A DNA stretch of 64,000 bases, taken from Myxococcota bacterium. GTDB taxonomy: Bacteria; Myxococcota_A; Polyangia; Nannocystales; Nannocystaceae. The translations under genes were made by a program, and so were the position numbers. The stretch spans positions 512,001-576,000 of the forward strand of contig JBCCHT010000001.1 in the NCBI GenBank assembly GCA_039028615.1. The letters are read 5' to 3'. The notes below the pieces were generated by a model. That model saw only the letters and a list, made by a program, of their open reading frames with translations. It did no database searches and was not told the origin of the DNA. This document shows, piece after piece, positions 41,172-50,812 of this stretch. Position 1 is the first letter of the stretch. Every line of letters starts with the position of its first letter.

Positions 41172-43307
41172 TCAGCGCGCCACTCGGCGCACGTTCTGCA
41201 CGTAGGGCAGCCGCTCCAGCCGACTGAGCACGCGCAGCAGCTGCTCGCTCTCCCGAATGTCGAGCGTGGCGATCAGCACCACCGTACCGTCGCGATCTTG
41301 CCCCTCTGCGGCCGCACTGCGCATGTTGACCCCTTCGCGCGTCACCACGTCGGCGATGTCCCGCAACAGGCCCGCCCGGTCGCCGGCCACGACGCGAATG
41401 TCGACCGGGTACGCCTCGCCGACCTTCGCCCCCCAATCGAGGTCCATCAGGCGCTCGGGCTCGGGGTGATTGACGACGTTGGGGCAGTCCCGTCGATGAA
41501 TGATGAGCCCTCGCCCGCGGGTGATGTAGCCGACGACCGCGTCGCCGGGCACGGGATGGCAGCACTTGGCGGGGCTGCTCATCACGTCGTCGACCCCGGC
41601 GATGCTCACCCCCGTGGTCGAGGGGCGAGTGCTGCGGGGCGCCTTGGTGGGGGGCGGCGGAGCCTCGACCTTCTTGCGCTCGCGCTCGGCCTCGAGCAAG
41701 CGGTTGCCGACGTGCTGGGTGCTGATGTCACCGAAGCCGAGCCGTGCCAGGAACTCGGTGGTGTCCTCGGCCCCGCACAGGCTCGCGACCTCGTCGTGCG
41801 AGATGCCATCGACGCCCAAGCGCCGCAGCTCGCGATCGACAAGCTCGCGCCCCTGGGTGATGGAGGTGTCTCGGGCCTGCTGCCGAAAGTAGTGGCGAAT
41901 CTTGGTGCGGGCGCTCGCCGTGTGCGTGTAGCCCAAGTGCGGATTGAGCCAGTCTCGCGAGGGCCGACCGTTCTTGGCGGTGATGATCTCGACGCGGTCG
42001 CCCGTCTGGAGCTGATGGTCGAGCGGCACGATGTGCCCGCCCACCTTGGCCCCGCGACAGCGATGACCCACCTGGGTGTGAATGCGATAGGCGAAGTCGA
42101 TGGGCGTGGCGCCCGAGGGCAGGTCGACGACCTCGCCGCTGGGCGTGAATACGTAGACCTGCTCGCTGAAGACGTCGGCCTTGAGCGACGCGGCGAAGTC
42201 GGCGGGGTCGGTGACCTCCTTTTGCCACTCCATCAGCTGCCGCAGCCAGTTGATCTTCTCGTCGAAGCGGCGGTTGGCCTTGTTGCCCTCTTTGTAGCGC
42301 CAGTGGGCCGCGATGCCGTACTCCGACTCCTCGTGCATCTCGCGGGTGCGGATCTGGACCTCGAGGTTGCGTCCGCCCGGGCCGACCACCGCGGTATGCA
42401 ACGAGCGATAGAAGTTCGACTTGGGCTTGGCGATGTAGTCGTCGAACTCACCCGCGATGGGCTCCCACGAGCCGTGCACGAGACCGAGCACCGCGTAGCA
42501 CTGGCCGAGCTCCTCCACCAACACCCGCACCGCGGAGACGTCGTAGATCTCCTCGAAGCCCAGGCCCTTGCGCTGCATCTTCTTATAGATGCTGTAGATG
42601 TGCTTGGGCCGCCCCATGAGCTCGGCCGGGATGTCGGCCGCCTCGAGCTTGGAGCGCAAGATGCCGATGACCTCTTCGATGGCCGCGCGCCGAGCCGCCC
42701 GCTTCTCGGCCAGCAGCTTGCCCACCTGGCGGTAGGTATCGGGCTCGAGCTGACGAAAGGCCAGATCCTCGAGCTCCCACTTGAGCTGCCAGATCCCCAG
42801 GCGATTGGCCAGCGGAGCGAACACGTCCATCGTCTCGCGAGCCCGCCGCACCCGAACCGGGGCCGGATACTGGTCGACCCGCCGCATGAGGTACGCGCGG
42901 TCGGCCAAGGCGATGAGCACCACGCGAATGTCCGAGGCCATGGCCAAGAACATCTTGCGCAGGTTCTCGGTGGCCTCCTTCTCGAGGGCGTCCCACTGGA
43001 TCTCCTCGAGCTTGTGCACGCCCTCGATGAGGCCGCAAACCTCCGAGCCGTACTCCTCCTCGAGCGGACCGGGCTCCATCGCCTCCTCGAGTCCCGCCAG
43101 GAGGATCCCGGCCGTGATCGTCGAAGCATCGAGGCGCAGATCGAGCAACAAGGTCGCGACCTCGAGCGCCCGCTCCACGATCGGCTCGTCACCGTGCTCC
43201 ACCGTCTGCTCTAGGGCCAAGCACGGTCCCTTGGCGTCCGCGTCCCCGAACAGCTCGAGCAAGCGCGGACTCAGCTCCGAAGCGGTGACCTCGCGGCGAT
43301 CGGCCAT
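41172..43307 (-). CDS. relA: Long RSH (p)ppGpp synthetase, RelA-like (degenerate HD, SYNTH, TGS, ZFD, ACT)
   Basis: APLANRLGIWQLKWELEDL, GRPKHIYSI, EFDDYIAKPKSNFYRSLHT, EVQIRT, TGS (DFAYRIHT), CC.PVPGD and ACT (DRAGLLRDI). True start is ATG 43307. Confidence 0.93.
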   Translation of the reverse strand: MADRREVTASELSPRLLELFGDADAKGPCLALEQTVEHGDEPIVERALEVATLLLDLRLDASTITAGILLAGLEEAMEPGPLEEEYGSEVCGLIEGVHKLEEIQWDALEKEATENLRKMFLAMASDIRVVLIALADRAYLMRRVDQYPAPVRVRRARETMDVFAPLANRLGIWQLKWELEDLAFRQLEPDTYRQVGKLLAEKRAARRAAIEEVIGILRSKLEAADIPAELMGRPKHIYSIYKKMQRKGLGFEEIYDVSAVRVLVEELGQCYAVLGLVHGSWEPIAGEFDDYIAKPKSNFYRSLHTAVVGPGGRNLEVQIRTREMHEESEYGIAAHWRYKEGNKANRRFDEKINWLRQLMEWQKEVTDPADFAASLKADVFSEQVYVFTPSGEVVDLPSGATPIDFAYRIHTQVGHRCRGAKVGGHIVPLDHQLQTGDRVEIITAKNGRPSRDWLNPHLGYTHTASARTKIRHYFRQQARDTSITQGRELVDRELRRLGVDGISHDEVASLCGAEDTTEFLARLGFGDISTQHVGNRLLEAERERKKVEAPPPPTKAPRSTRPSTTGVSIAGVDDVMSSPAKCCHPVPGDAVVGYITRGRGLIIHRRDCPNVVNHPEPERLMDLDWGAKVGEAYPVDIRVVAGDRAGLLRDIADVVTREGVNMRSAAAEGQDRDGTVVLIATLDIRESEQLLRVLSRLERLPYVQNVRRVAR

Positions 43308-43427
43308 CGCCAGCAGGGTGCCCCGAAGCAGCCCCCTGCGCCAGGGTCGCGAGCAAAATGGGCCTACCCCCCAAGAATCGACGTCGCGCCGAGAACCTTC
43401 CGCGAATCCGGCTGTCACCCCTAACCG

Positions 43428-45647
43428 ATGCCGACGCCCGACGACGAACTCCTCGCCTTTCGTGATTCCCGGCGCCGCCGCACGTTGTTGCTGGCCGGAA
43501 CCTCGTTGCTCGCGCTCGGGATCGCGTTGAACCTGCCGCGGCTGTTCCCCGCCACGCCGCCGTCCGTCGAGGCCATGAGTCGTCCGCTCGACGGCGCGGC
43601 CGAGGCCGAGGAGTACGAAGGGTCCGACGACGAAGCCGGAGGCAGCGGCACCCGCCACAAGGGCGAAGAGGGCAAGATGGGCAAGCCCTCGTCCAAGTCC
43701 AAGACCGGCTTGTACGCCATGAAGGGCCCCAAGAACGCCCAGCCGCAGATGGCCCGCGACTTCGACGTCTGGGGCGGCCTGACGGGAACCGAAGTCGGTG
43801 AAGCGTACGGCGTCGGAGGTCTCGGTCTGACGGGCACGGGCCGGGGCGGAGGCGGTACGGGTCAAGGCATCATCGGCCTGGGCAACACGGGCCTCATCGG
43901 CAAGGGCAGCGGCAGCGGCCACTTCCTGGCCAGCCCCGCGCCCTCGCACCCCGACGAACCGATGGGCCCGTCGGGCATGCATGCCGTGCCCCCCAATCCC
44001 ACCGATCACACCCACTTCATCGCCGTCGCCGACGACCCGAAGTCCACGTTCTCCATCGACGTCGACACCGCGTCGTATAGCAGCACGCGGCGCTCGATCA
44101 CTCGCTCGCGCACCCTGCCCCCGGCCGACTCGGTGCGCGTAGAGGAGTTCATCAACTACTTCGACTACGACTACGCCCAGCCCGAAGGCGAACAACCGTT
44201 TTCGATCACGGCCGAGGTCGGCGAGTGCCCGTGGGCGCCCGACCACCAGCTGGTCCACGTCGGCCTCCAGGGTCGCACGCTGGCCACCGACGAGGTCCCT
44301 CCGCGAAACCTCGTGTTCCTCATCGACGCCTCCGGCTCGATGCACAGCCACGACAAGCTCCCCCTGGTCAAGCACGCCCTGACTCGGCTCACCCGCACCC
44401 TGCGGGCCGAAGACCGGATCTCGCTGGTCGTGTATGCCGGCAATGCCGGGGTCCGGCTCATGCCCACCCCGGGCAACGAACACGAGGCCATCATCGCGGC
44501 CCTCGATCGTCTCGAGAGCGGCGGGGGCACCAACGGCGGGGCCGGCATCCAGCGCGCCTACCAGCTCGCCCAGCAGTCCTTCATCGAGGGCGGCGTCAAC
44601 CGGGTGCTCCTGGCCACCGATGGCGACTTCAACGTCGGAGTCGCCTCGCACGACGCCTTGGTGCGGCTCATCGAGCGCAAGCGCCGAAGCGGTGTCGAGC
44701 TGTCCGTGCTCGGCTTCGGCATCGGCCACAGCGACCACACCATGGAGCAGCTGGCCGACAAGGGCAACGGCAACTACGCGTACATCGACGACCGCCAGGA
44801 GGCCGAGAAGGTGCTCGTCGAGCAGTCCAGCGGGACCCTGGTCACCATCGCCAAGGACGTGAAGCTGCAGGTCGGCTTCGACCCCGCCAAGGTGCAGAGC
44901 TACCGCCTCATCGGCTACGACAATCGCCGCCTCGCCCACAAAGACTTCGCCGACGACACCAAGGACGCGGGCGAGATCGGGGCCGGGCACACCGTCACCG
45001 CGCTCTACGAGGTGGTGCCGCAGCCCGAGGCCCCTGCGGACGCACCATGGATGACCGTCGATCTCCGGCACAAGGCGCCCAAGGGCAGCCGCAGCTCGTT
45101 GCACCGCGTGCCCGTAGTCGCCGATGCGCTCGACCTCGACGACACCAGTGACGACTTCCGGTTCTCCGCCGCCGTCGCCTCGTTCGGCCTGCGGCTGTCC
45201 GGCGACACCGTCGAGTCCGGCGACGAGGACACGCCCGAGCAGTATGCCTGGTCGACCATGCGCGAGCTCGCGGCCGGCTCGCTGGGCGAGGACTCCCAGT
45301 GTCGCCGTCATCAGTTCGTGGGGCTCGTATCGCAGGCCGCCATGCTCTCGGGCGACACCGAGCTCGAGCCGCTCGACGTCCGATGCACGCCCAACGGAAC
45401 GCGTCACATCAAGCCCGTGCCACCGCCCGAGCCCGTCGTCGACGCCCCGCCGCCGCAGCCCGATCTGCTCGCCCCCACCGACGAGCCGCCGCCTCAGCGC
45501 CCGGCCCGTGGCGCCGACGAGTCCCCCGAGGACGAGCCCGGCTGGGGCGACCAGGCCCTCGAGGTGCTTCGCTTGCTGCCGCCCCTGCTCGCGTTCCCGC
45601 TGTTCGTCATGGCCTACCGCCGGCCTCGCCGACGCCGCGAGTTCTAG
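43428..45647 (+). CDS. YfbK-type VWA protein (vWF_A, VWA, DUF3520) with Gly-rich N-terminal segment and TM ends
   Basis: STFSIDVDTASY, VRVEEFINYF, LIDASGSM, ATDGDFNVG, YRLIGYDNR and DAGEIGAGHTVTALYE motifs. Confidence 0.9.
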   Translation: MPTPDDELLAFRDSRRRRTLLLAGTSLLALGIALNLPRLFPATPPSVEAMSRPLDGAAEAEEYEGSDDEAGGSGTRHKGEEGKMGKPSSKSKTGLYAMKGPKNAQPQMARDFDVWGGLTGTEVGEAYGVGGLGLTGTGRGGGGTGQGIIGLGNTGLIGKGSGSGHFLASPAPSHPDEPMGPSGMHAVPPNPTDHTHFIAVADDPKSTFSIDVDTASYSSTRRSITRSRTLPPADSVRVEEFINYFDYDYAQPEGEQPFSITAEVGECPWAPDHQLVHVGLQGRTLATDEVPPRNLVFLIDASGSMHSHDKLPLVKHALTRLTRTLRAEDRISLVVYAGNAGVRLMPTPGNEHEAIIAALDRLESGGGTNGGAGIQRAYQLAQQSFIEGGVNRVLLATDGDFNVGVASHDALVRLIERKRRSGVELSVLGFGIGHSDHTMEQLADKGNGNYAYIDDRQEAEKVLVEQSSGTLVTIAKDVKLQVGFDPAKVQSYRLIGYDNRRLAHKDFADDTKDAGEIGAGHTVTALYEVVPQPEAPADAPWMTVDLRHKAPKGSRSSLHRVPVVADALDLDDTSDDFRFSAAVASFGLRLSGDTVESGDEDTPEQYAWSTMRELAAGSLGEDSQCRRHQFVGLVSQAAMLSGDTELEPLDVRCTPNGTRHIKPVPPPEPVVDAPPPQPDLLAPTDEPPPQRPARGADESPEDEPGWGDQALEVLRLLPPLLAFPLFVMAYRRPRRRREF

Positions 45648-45660
45648 CGAGCACAGGCCG

Positions 45661-47973
45661 TTACTCGAGGCTCTGGAGGTACGCCACCAGGGCCTCGAGT
45701 TGTTCGGCGGTGAGCGTGCTCGTCATGCCGTGCTGATCGCCCGGGTTCGCGGTCGTCAGCACGTCGAGCACCGTGGCCGCCGAGCCGTCGTGCAGGTAGG
45801 GCGCGCCGTTCCACAGCCCGCGTAGCGTCGGCGTGTCGATGCCCGGCAGCGGTCCACCGAGTCGTTGCCCCGAGGCCTCCGTCAACGTGCCCACATCGTG
45901 GAGGACGGGGCCCGGGCCGAGGAAGGCGGAGTCGGTGAGCCCGAGCCCGCCATGACACGTGGTGCACCCGAGCACGGGCGAGAGGAACAGCACCTCCCCG
46001 GCCTGGGCTTGCGCGGTGAGGCTGCCGTCGGCGAGTCGATGCGGGCTGCGGGGAAAGTCGGTCAGCGAGGAGACATAGGCCGCCAGCGCGTCCAGCTCGA
46101 CCGACAGGCCCGCCTTGGGGTCGCCGAGCGTGTCGGCGGTGGTGCCCGACTCCCAGTCGGCGTCGTCGAGCAACCCGGAGCCCTCGGCCGCGTGGCGGAT
46201 GTCGTTTTCGAAGTCCTGGACCTCGTCGAAGTTGGCGCTCCAGTGGATGGGGCCGTGCTCGGTGCCGCCTCGTCCCATCAGGTCGATGGTGTTGCGCAGC
46301 CCCTCGCCGCGATCGGTGAAGTCCCAGGTGCGTCGGTCTGCCTCACCGTCGAGATGGCAGTGGGCGCAGGCGAGGTAGCTGTCTTTGGCCAGCCGAGGAT
46401 CGAACGCATCGTTGAACAGCTGCTTGCCGCGCAGCAGCTCGGGGGACAGCGGCTCGGCGGAGGGAATGGTCAGCGACGCGATCGGTAGCGGCAGGACGCT
46501 GAAATCCGAGACGTCGTAGACCACCAGTTCACGAGCGACAAAGGCATCGACGAACAAATGGCGATCGTCGGCGGAGAGCACGAGCCCGGAGGGGGCATAA
46601 CCCACGTCGAGCAAGGTGCCCGCGCCCGCTCCGGTGAAGGTATCGACCCGATCCACGGCCCGGCTGCCCCGACCGGCGACGAACAGGTAGTCGCCCCGGC
46701 TCGAGAACACCCCGGCGGCCATGAACCCGCGGTTGTCGAAGCGCTTGCGGCGGTTGAAATCCTCCTGCATGGCCGCGCCCTCGGACCCGGGCAGGTCGAG
46801 GAACGCAACGACGCCTCGCACCGTGGTCTCGAAGGTCAGCGCGTTGCCGTCGAGGAACTCGCCCTGGCCGATGTTGGCTTGCAACGTGGGCACGGCGACC
46901 TGGTCACCGATGGGCGAGACGAGCACTTGGTCGAGGTAGGTCGGTACGCCGCCCGACTCGGTGTCGGAGGGCGGCGTCGGATCGAAGGGCAGCGGGACCG
47001 CCTCCACCGAGCCGTCGGCGGGGTTCAGCACCGCCACCTGGCCCTCGGTGTCGGGCGAACGCCAGCGCGTCACGGCGAGTCGACCATCGGGCATCAACGC
47101 CACGCCGCGGGCATCCTCGATCGCCGGCCACGTGTCGATGAGGCTCAGCGGATCACCGCTGGCGTCCACGGCCACCAGCTCGCCTCGGGCCTGCAGCGTG
47201 ACCCACAGCTGGTCGCCTTGGGCCACGACCCCGTAGGGGCGCGCACCGTAGCCCAGCGACAGCTCGAGCGACGGACCTCCCGCCGGGTCGAGCACCATCA
47301 CCGCGTCGTCGTCCTGACAGGTCACTGCCACGCGCCCGTCGGCCAGCGGTGCCGCCGTTCGCGGTCGAGCACAGGTTGGCCGCCGATCCAACACCACGAA
47401 CTCGCCCTCCCCCGCGGGTCCGGCCAGCATCAGCTCGTCGGAGTCCGGGCTGACCACCGCGACACGGCCGTCCTCCAAGCGCACGACCGTGCTCGAGTGC
47501 CGCGGCACATGGGAAGGAACGTGCGTGACGGTGACGGTGACCGAAGCCGACAGCTGAACGCCTCCCTCGCCAAACACCGTGAGCACGGGGTGGTATCGCC
47601 CCGGCTCGTCGTAGGTCACGGTCGCGGTGGGATCGGGGCTCGGCTCGGTCGGCGGCGTACCGTCGTCGAAGTTCCACTGGAAGAGCGTCGCCCCGATCGA
47701 GCCGGAGCCGTCGAGCACGACCTCCTCGTTCACGAACGCGTAGAAGGGAGGCCCCGGGTCGGGCTCGACAGGCAGGCCCGCCGTCGTGTCGGCGCCCCCC
47801 GAGCTGCTCGCGTCGGTGGAGGTCCCGTCCCCCTCTTCGGTGCTCCCTCGCCCGCCGGACCCAGCCGGGCTCGTCTCGGCCCCGCCCGAGCTCCCGCTGC
47901 CCCGAGACGGAGCAGGGACATCATCGGACTGGCACCCCGCCAATCCCAAGGCCAGCGCGAAGACCCGGCGCAT
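45661..47973 (-). CDS. Lipoprotein with PKD, beta-propeller and di-heme cytochrome c (peroxidase-like) domains
   Basis: Lipobox LAGC, PKD (WNFDDG...YDEPGRY), CAHCH and CTTCH heme motifs, HWSANFDE and TPTLRGLW..APYLHDG. Confidence 0.85.
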   Translation of the reverse strand: MRRVFALALGLAGCQSDDVPAPSRGSGSSGGAETSPAGSGGRGSTEEGDGTSTDASSSGGADTTAGLPVEPDPGPPFYAFVNEEVVLDGSGSIGATLFQWNFDDGTPPTEPSPDPTATVTYDEPGRYHPVLTVFGEGGVQLSASVTVTVTHVPSHVPRHSSTVVRLEDGRVAVVSPDSDELMLAGPAGEGEFVVLDRRPTCARPRTAAPLADGRVAVTCQDDDAVMVLDPAGGPSLELSLGYGARPYGVVAQGDQLWVTLQARGELVAVDASGDPLSLIDTWPAIEDARGVALMPDGRLAVTRWRSPDTEGQVAVLNPADGSVEAVPLPFDPTPPSDTESGGVPTYLDQVLVSPIGDQVAVPTLQANIGQGEFLDGNALTFETTVRGVVAFLDLPGSEGAAMQEDFNRRKRFDNRGFMAAGVFSSRGDYLFVAGRGSRAVDRVDTFTGAGAGTLLDVGYAPSGLVLSADDRHLFVDAFVARELVVYDVSDFSVLPLPIASLTIPSAEPLSPELLRGKQLFNDAFDPRLAKDSYLACAHCHLDGEADRRTWDFTDRGEGLRNTIDLMGRGGTEHGPIHWSANFDEVQDFENDIRHAAEGSGLLDDADWESGTTADTLGDPKAGLSVELDALAAYVSSLTDFPRSPHRLADGSLTAQAQAGEVLFLSPVLGCTTCHGGLGLTDSAFLGPGPVLHDVGTLTEASGQRLGGPLPGIDTPTLRGLWNGAPYLHDGSAATVLDVLTTANPGDQHGMTSTLTAEQLEALVAYLQSLE

Positions 47974-47977
47974 CGAC

Positions 47978-49639
47978 TCAGCCCCCGATCGTGGTGAGCG
48001 TGATGGAGAACGGCTCGGTCACCCGATTGCCGTTGTAGTCGGCGACGCCCCCGGCCGGGATCTCGAACGTGTACTCGGTGCCCGGGTCGAGCGGCGTGCG
48101 GGGCACGAAGTTGACCACGTTCTCCTGCACGCTGATGTGCCCCATCACGGGAACGGGCTCACCGTCATCGCCCGTTCGGTACAGGCGCACCGAGCCGAAC
48201 CACGCGCTCTTGACGTCGACCATCTCGTTGAAGGTCACGCCCACGCGGGTGGTGATGGGCAGGCCGGTCGCTCCGTCCGCGGGGACCGACCAGTTCACGT
48301 ACGGCGCGACGGTATCGACCTCGGTCAGGTAGGGCGCGACCGCGGAGCCTTCACCCGGGGTGCCCTCGTCGTCGACGGAGAGCACGACCACATTGCCGAT
48401 GGGCGTGACCGTGTCGAGGTCTCCCTCGAGATCGAGGGTCGCCACCTCGGCCATCGCGGCGGGATCGGAGATGTCGTAGATGCCGGCGAAGGACGACTCG
48501 CCGACGAAGGCCAGGTCGTCCTTGGCGAACACGTAGCCTCCGTTGCCCCCGCTGTCGTAGTGGCCCGCCAGCACCGGGTTCGCGGGGTCGCGGATGTCGT
48601 ACATCATCACGCCGCCGTTGCCGTTCTTGATGGCGTAGTAGACGTAGCCGCCGCCCACGTTGCTGAAGTACGACTCGCGGATCACCCCTTCGCCATCGAC
48701 GATCTCGAAGTCGCCGCCCGCGATGGGCTGCGGGAACTCGGGCACGCTGACGTCGAGCAACACGGTACGGGGGCCCTCCGCCGCGGTGGCGATGAGCATG
48801 TTGCCCACCACGTTGACCTGCCCCACGCGCATCGTGGGTTGGAAATTGTACTGCCCCGCCAGCTGCGGCTGGGTCGGGTCGGTCGCGTCGACGATGTAGA
48901 TCCCGTTGTCGGCCGCGCCCACGTAGATGTACGGGGCCTGCCACGCTGCGCTCAGCACCACCCGCGCATACGCATCGGGATACAGGTGCCCCGGCAGGTT
49001 GAGGACGGCCGCCTCCTGGGGCGCGACCACGCTGGTCACGTCCCAGATCATGATCCCACCGTCGATGTTCAGTAGCCCCTCGTCCACGGCCGCGACCACG
49101 GCGTACCAGTGATCGTCGACGTTGGCGAAGCCGGTGGCATGGGTCTCCCGCATGCGGGGCCCGGGCGTGCTCGAGAGCGGCAGCGCGTTGCAGGGGTCGC
49201 TGATGTCGAAGAAGGTCAGCCCCCCGATCCCCCACTCGGGCGCCCACGGCATCATCAGGTAGCCATCGAACATCACCACCAGGTTGTGGTGATCGAGGTC
49301 TCCCGTGCCGCCGTGGAGAAAGGCACAATTGACGTAGAGGTCCTCCGCGGCGAACTCCACCGCGGGGCCGCCCGGTCCCGTGCTCGGGGGATGAGCATCG
49401 GGCTCGGGGTAAACGGGGCCCTCGGGCTCTCCCGTGCCCGAGGACTCCTCGGCGTCGCTCGTGCTCCCCCGGGGTCCGTCCGAGCTCCCCGTGGAGTCGA
49501 GCGAGCTCCCGGTCGAAGGCACCGTCTCCTCACCGGTCGTCGTTCCCGCATCCGGCGGTGCTGCCCCGCCGTCGTCGCCACAGCTCGCCGCCACCAGCAG
49601 CAACGCCAGCGCATGCGTTCCAGTACGCATCATCCCCAT
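47978..49639 (-). CDS. LVIVD-repeat lipoprotein with C-terminal bacterial Ig-like (Big_5) domain
   Basis: Lipobox AASC, repeated 'I.D.SDP..P' units and C-terminal DT.AP...VP.DGA...F.P...L.PGTEY. Ends 4 nt upstream of the di-heme gene. Confidence 0.8.
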   Translation of the reverse strand: MGMMRTGTHALALLLVAASCGDDGGAAPPDAGTTTGEETVPSTGSSLDSTGSSDGPRGSTSDAEESSGTGEPEGPVYPEPDAHPPSTGPGGPAVEFAAEDLYVNCAFLHGGTGDLDHHNLVVMFDGYLMMPWAPEWGIGGLTFFDISDPCNALPLSSTPGPRMRETHATGFANVDDHWYAVVAAVDEGLLNIDGGIMIWDVTSVVAPQEAAVLNLPGHLYPDAYARVVLSAAWQAPYIYVGAADNGIYIVDATDPTQPQLAGQYNFQPTMRVGQVNVVGNMLIATAAEGPRTVLLDVSVPEFPQPIAGGDFEIVDGEGVIRESYFSNVGGGYVYYAIKNGNGGVMMYDIRDPANPVLAGHYDSGGNGGYVFAKDDLAFVGESSFAGIYDISDPAAMAEVATLDLEGDLDTVTPIGNVVVLSVDDEGTPGEGSAVAPYLTEVDTVAPYVNWSVPADGATGLPITTRVGVTFNEMVDVKSAWFGSVRLYRTGDDGEPVPVMGHISVQENVVNFVPRTPLDPGTEYTFEIPAGGVADYNGNRVTEPFSITLTTIGG

Positions 49640-49772
49640 GATTCCCTCCGCTCACCCATCGTCCGGGGTGCGCTTCGTGAAGGTCAAGAGGACAGCCCCT
49701 TTTCTCATGCGACGATTCAGCGCCAGCGGCGGTGCTCGTCGACCGTAGGCTCCATCGTTGTTCTGCCCGTGT

Positions 49773-50801
49773 TCAGCCCAAATCGGCGGTCAGCCAGTAA
49801 TCGCCGCCGAGCAACCAACCGTCGTTCGGCGCCTTCGCGATCACTGTGCAGACCCCGAGCCCCTCCAGACCGGGGGGCTCCACCCCCGGCTCGTACCACG
49901 GCACGCAGGTCGTGGCCGGGTCGGCACAGTCGCCGAGCGCTAGATCGCAGATCGAGGCGCAACAGCCCATACTCCCCGCGCAAGCGTCGAACGCAATCGG
50001 GTCGATGCACACCGAGCCCCCATCGCAGACGTTGCCGTAGTCGCACGGCTCCGCCGCCGCGAAGGGCTCGGAGATCCCCGGCACACACGACCACTCGCCG
50101 TGGCGATCGGGCACGCAGACCTGGCCCGCGTCGCACTCGGAGGCCAGCGGGTTGCACGGCGGCAGGCACAGGTTCACCGCGCCGTTGTTGGTCAGCTTGC
50201 AGCGAGTCCCGTCCGCGCACACGGGCGTCGCCTCGTCCCCCTCGCAAAACGGGACGCACTCGCCGATGTTGGTGGCCGGGTCGACGTTCCAGCACATCGC
50301 GCCGAGCTCACAGGAGTCGATGCCGCTGACCGCCGCGCCTTCGACCGTGCAGGACTCGCCCGGGGCGTCGGCGCGCGGAGCCACGGGCGAGCAGCGGGTC
50401 CCGTTCCACACCGAGCCGCCGTCGTTGGCCCACGGCAGGCACTTGTCCCCGCGGGCACAGTCCTGCGCAAACAAGTCGCACACGAAGGACACGCTGCCCG
50501 AGTCAGGCTGGCAGTACCAATGGTGCTCGTCGCCGACGTTGCAGAACAGGTTCCCGTCGGAGACGCCGTCGTCGCTGCTGTCGATCGGGCCCCCGCCGGT
50601 TCCGCTGGTCCCGAAGGTCGTGGTGGTGGTGTCGGGCGGCACCGTGGGTGAGTCGGGCGGCACCGTCGGCGCCTCCGAGGTGGAGCCGACCGGGTCTCCC
50701 CCGTCTCCTTGGGTCGGGCGCCCACTACAACCGAGCAGGAGCCCCAACGAGCCCACAGACCACAACGCGACGACGAGACCTCTACGCATGATGTCCTGCA
50801 T
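49773..50801 (-). CDS. Cys-rich secreted lipoprotein, tandem paralog 2
   Basis: Lipobox LLGC; CDLFAQDC..GDKC.PWANDGG.VWN.TRC and GIDSCELG.MCWNVDP. Confidence 0.8.
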   Translation of the reverse strand: MQDIMRRGLVVALWSVGSLGLLLGCSGRPTQGDGGDPVGSTSEAPTVPPDSPTVPPDTTTTTFGTSGTGGGPIDSSDDGVSDGNLFCNVGDEHHWYCQPDSGSVSFVCDLFAQDCARGDKCLPWANDGGSVWNGTRCSPVAPRADAPGESCTVEGAAVSGIDSCELGAMCWNVDPATNIGECVPFCEGDEATPVCADGTRCKLTNNGAVNLCLPPCNPLASECDAGQVCVPDRHGEWSCVPGISEPFAAAEPCDYGNVCDGGSVCIDPIAFDACAGSMGCCASICDLALGDCADPATTCVPWYEPGVEPPGLEGLGVCTVIAKAPNDGWLLGGDYWLTADLG

Positions 50802-50812
50802 TCACTGTGGGC

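Noticed and set aside
43308..45407. 1411-aa ORF implying a giant RelA fusion
   Set aside because: The N-terminal 700 aa is the antisense shadow of the VWA gene at 43428..45647; RelA homology begins near ATG 43307.
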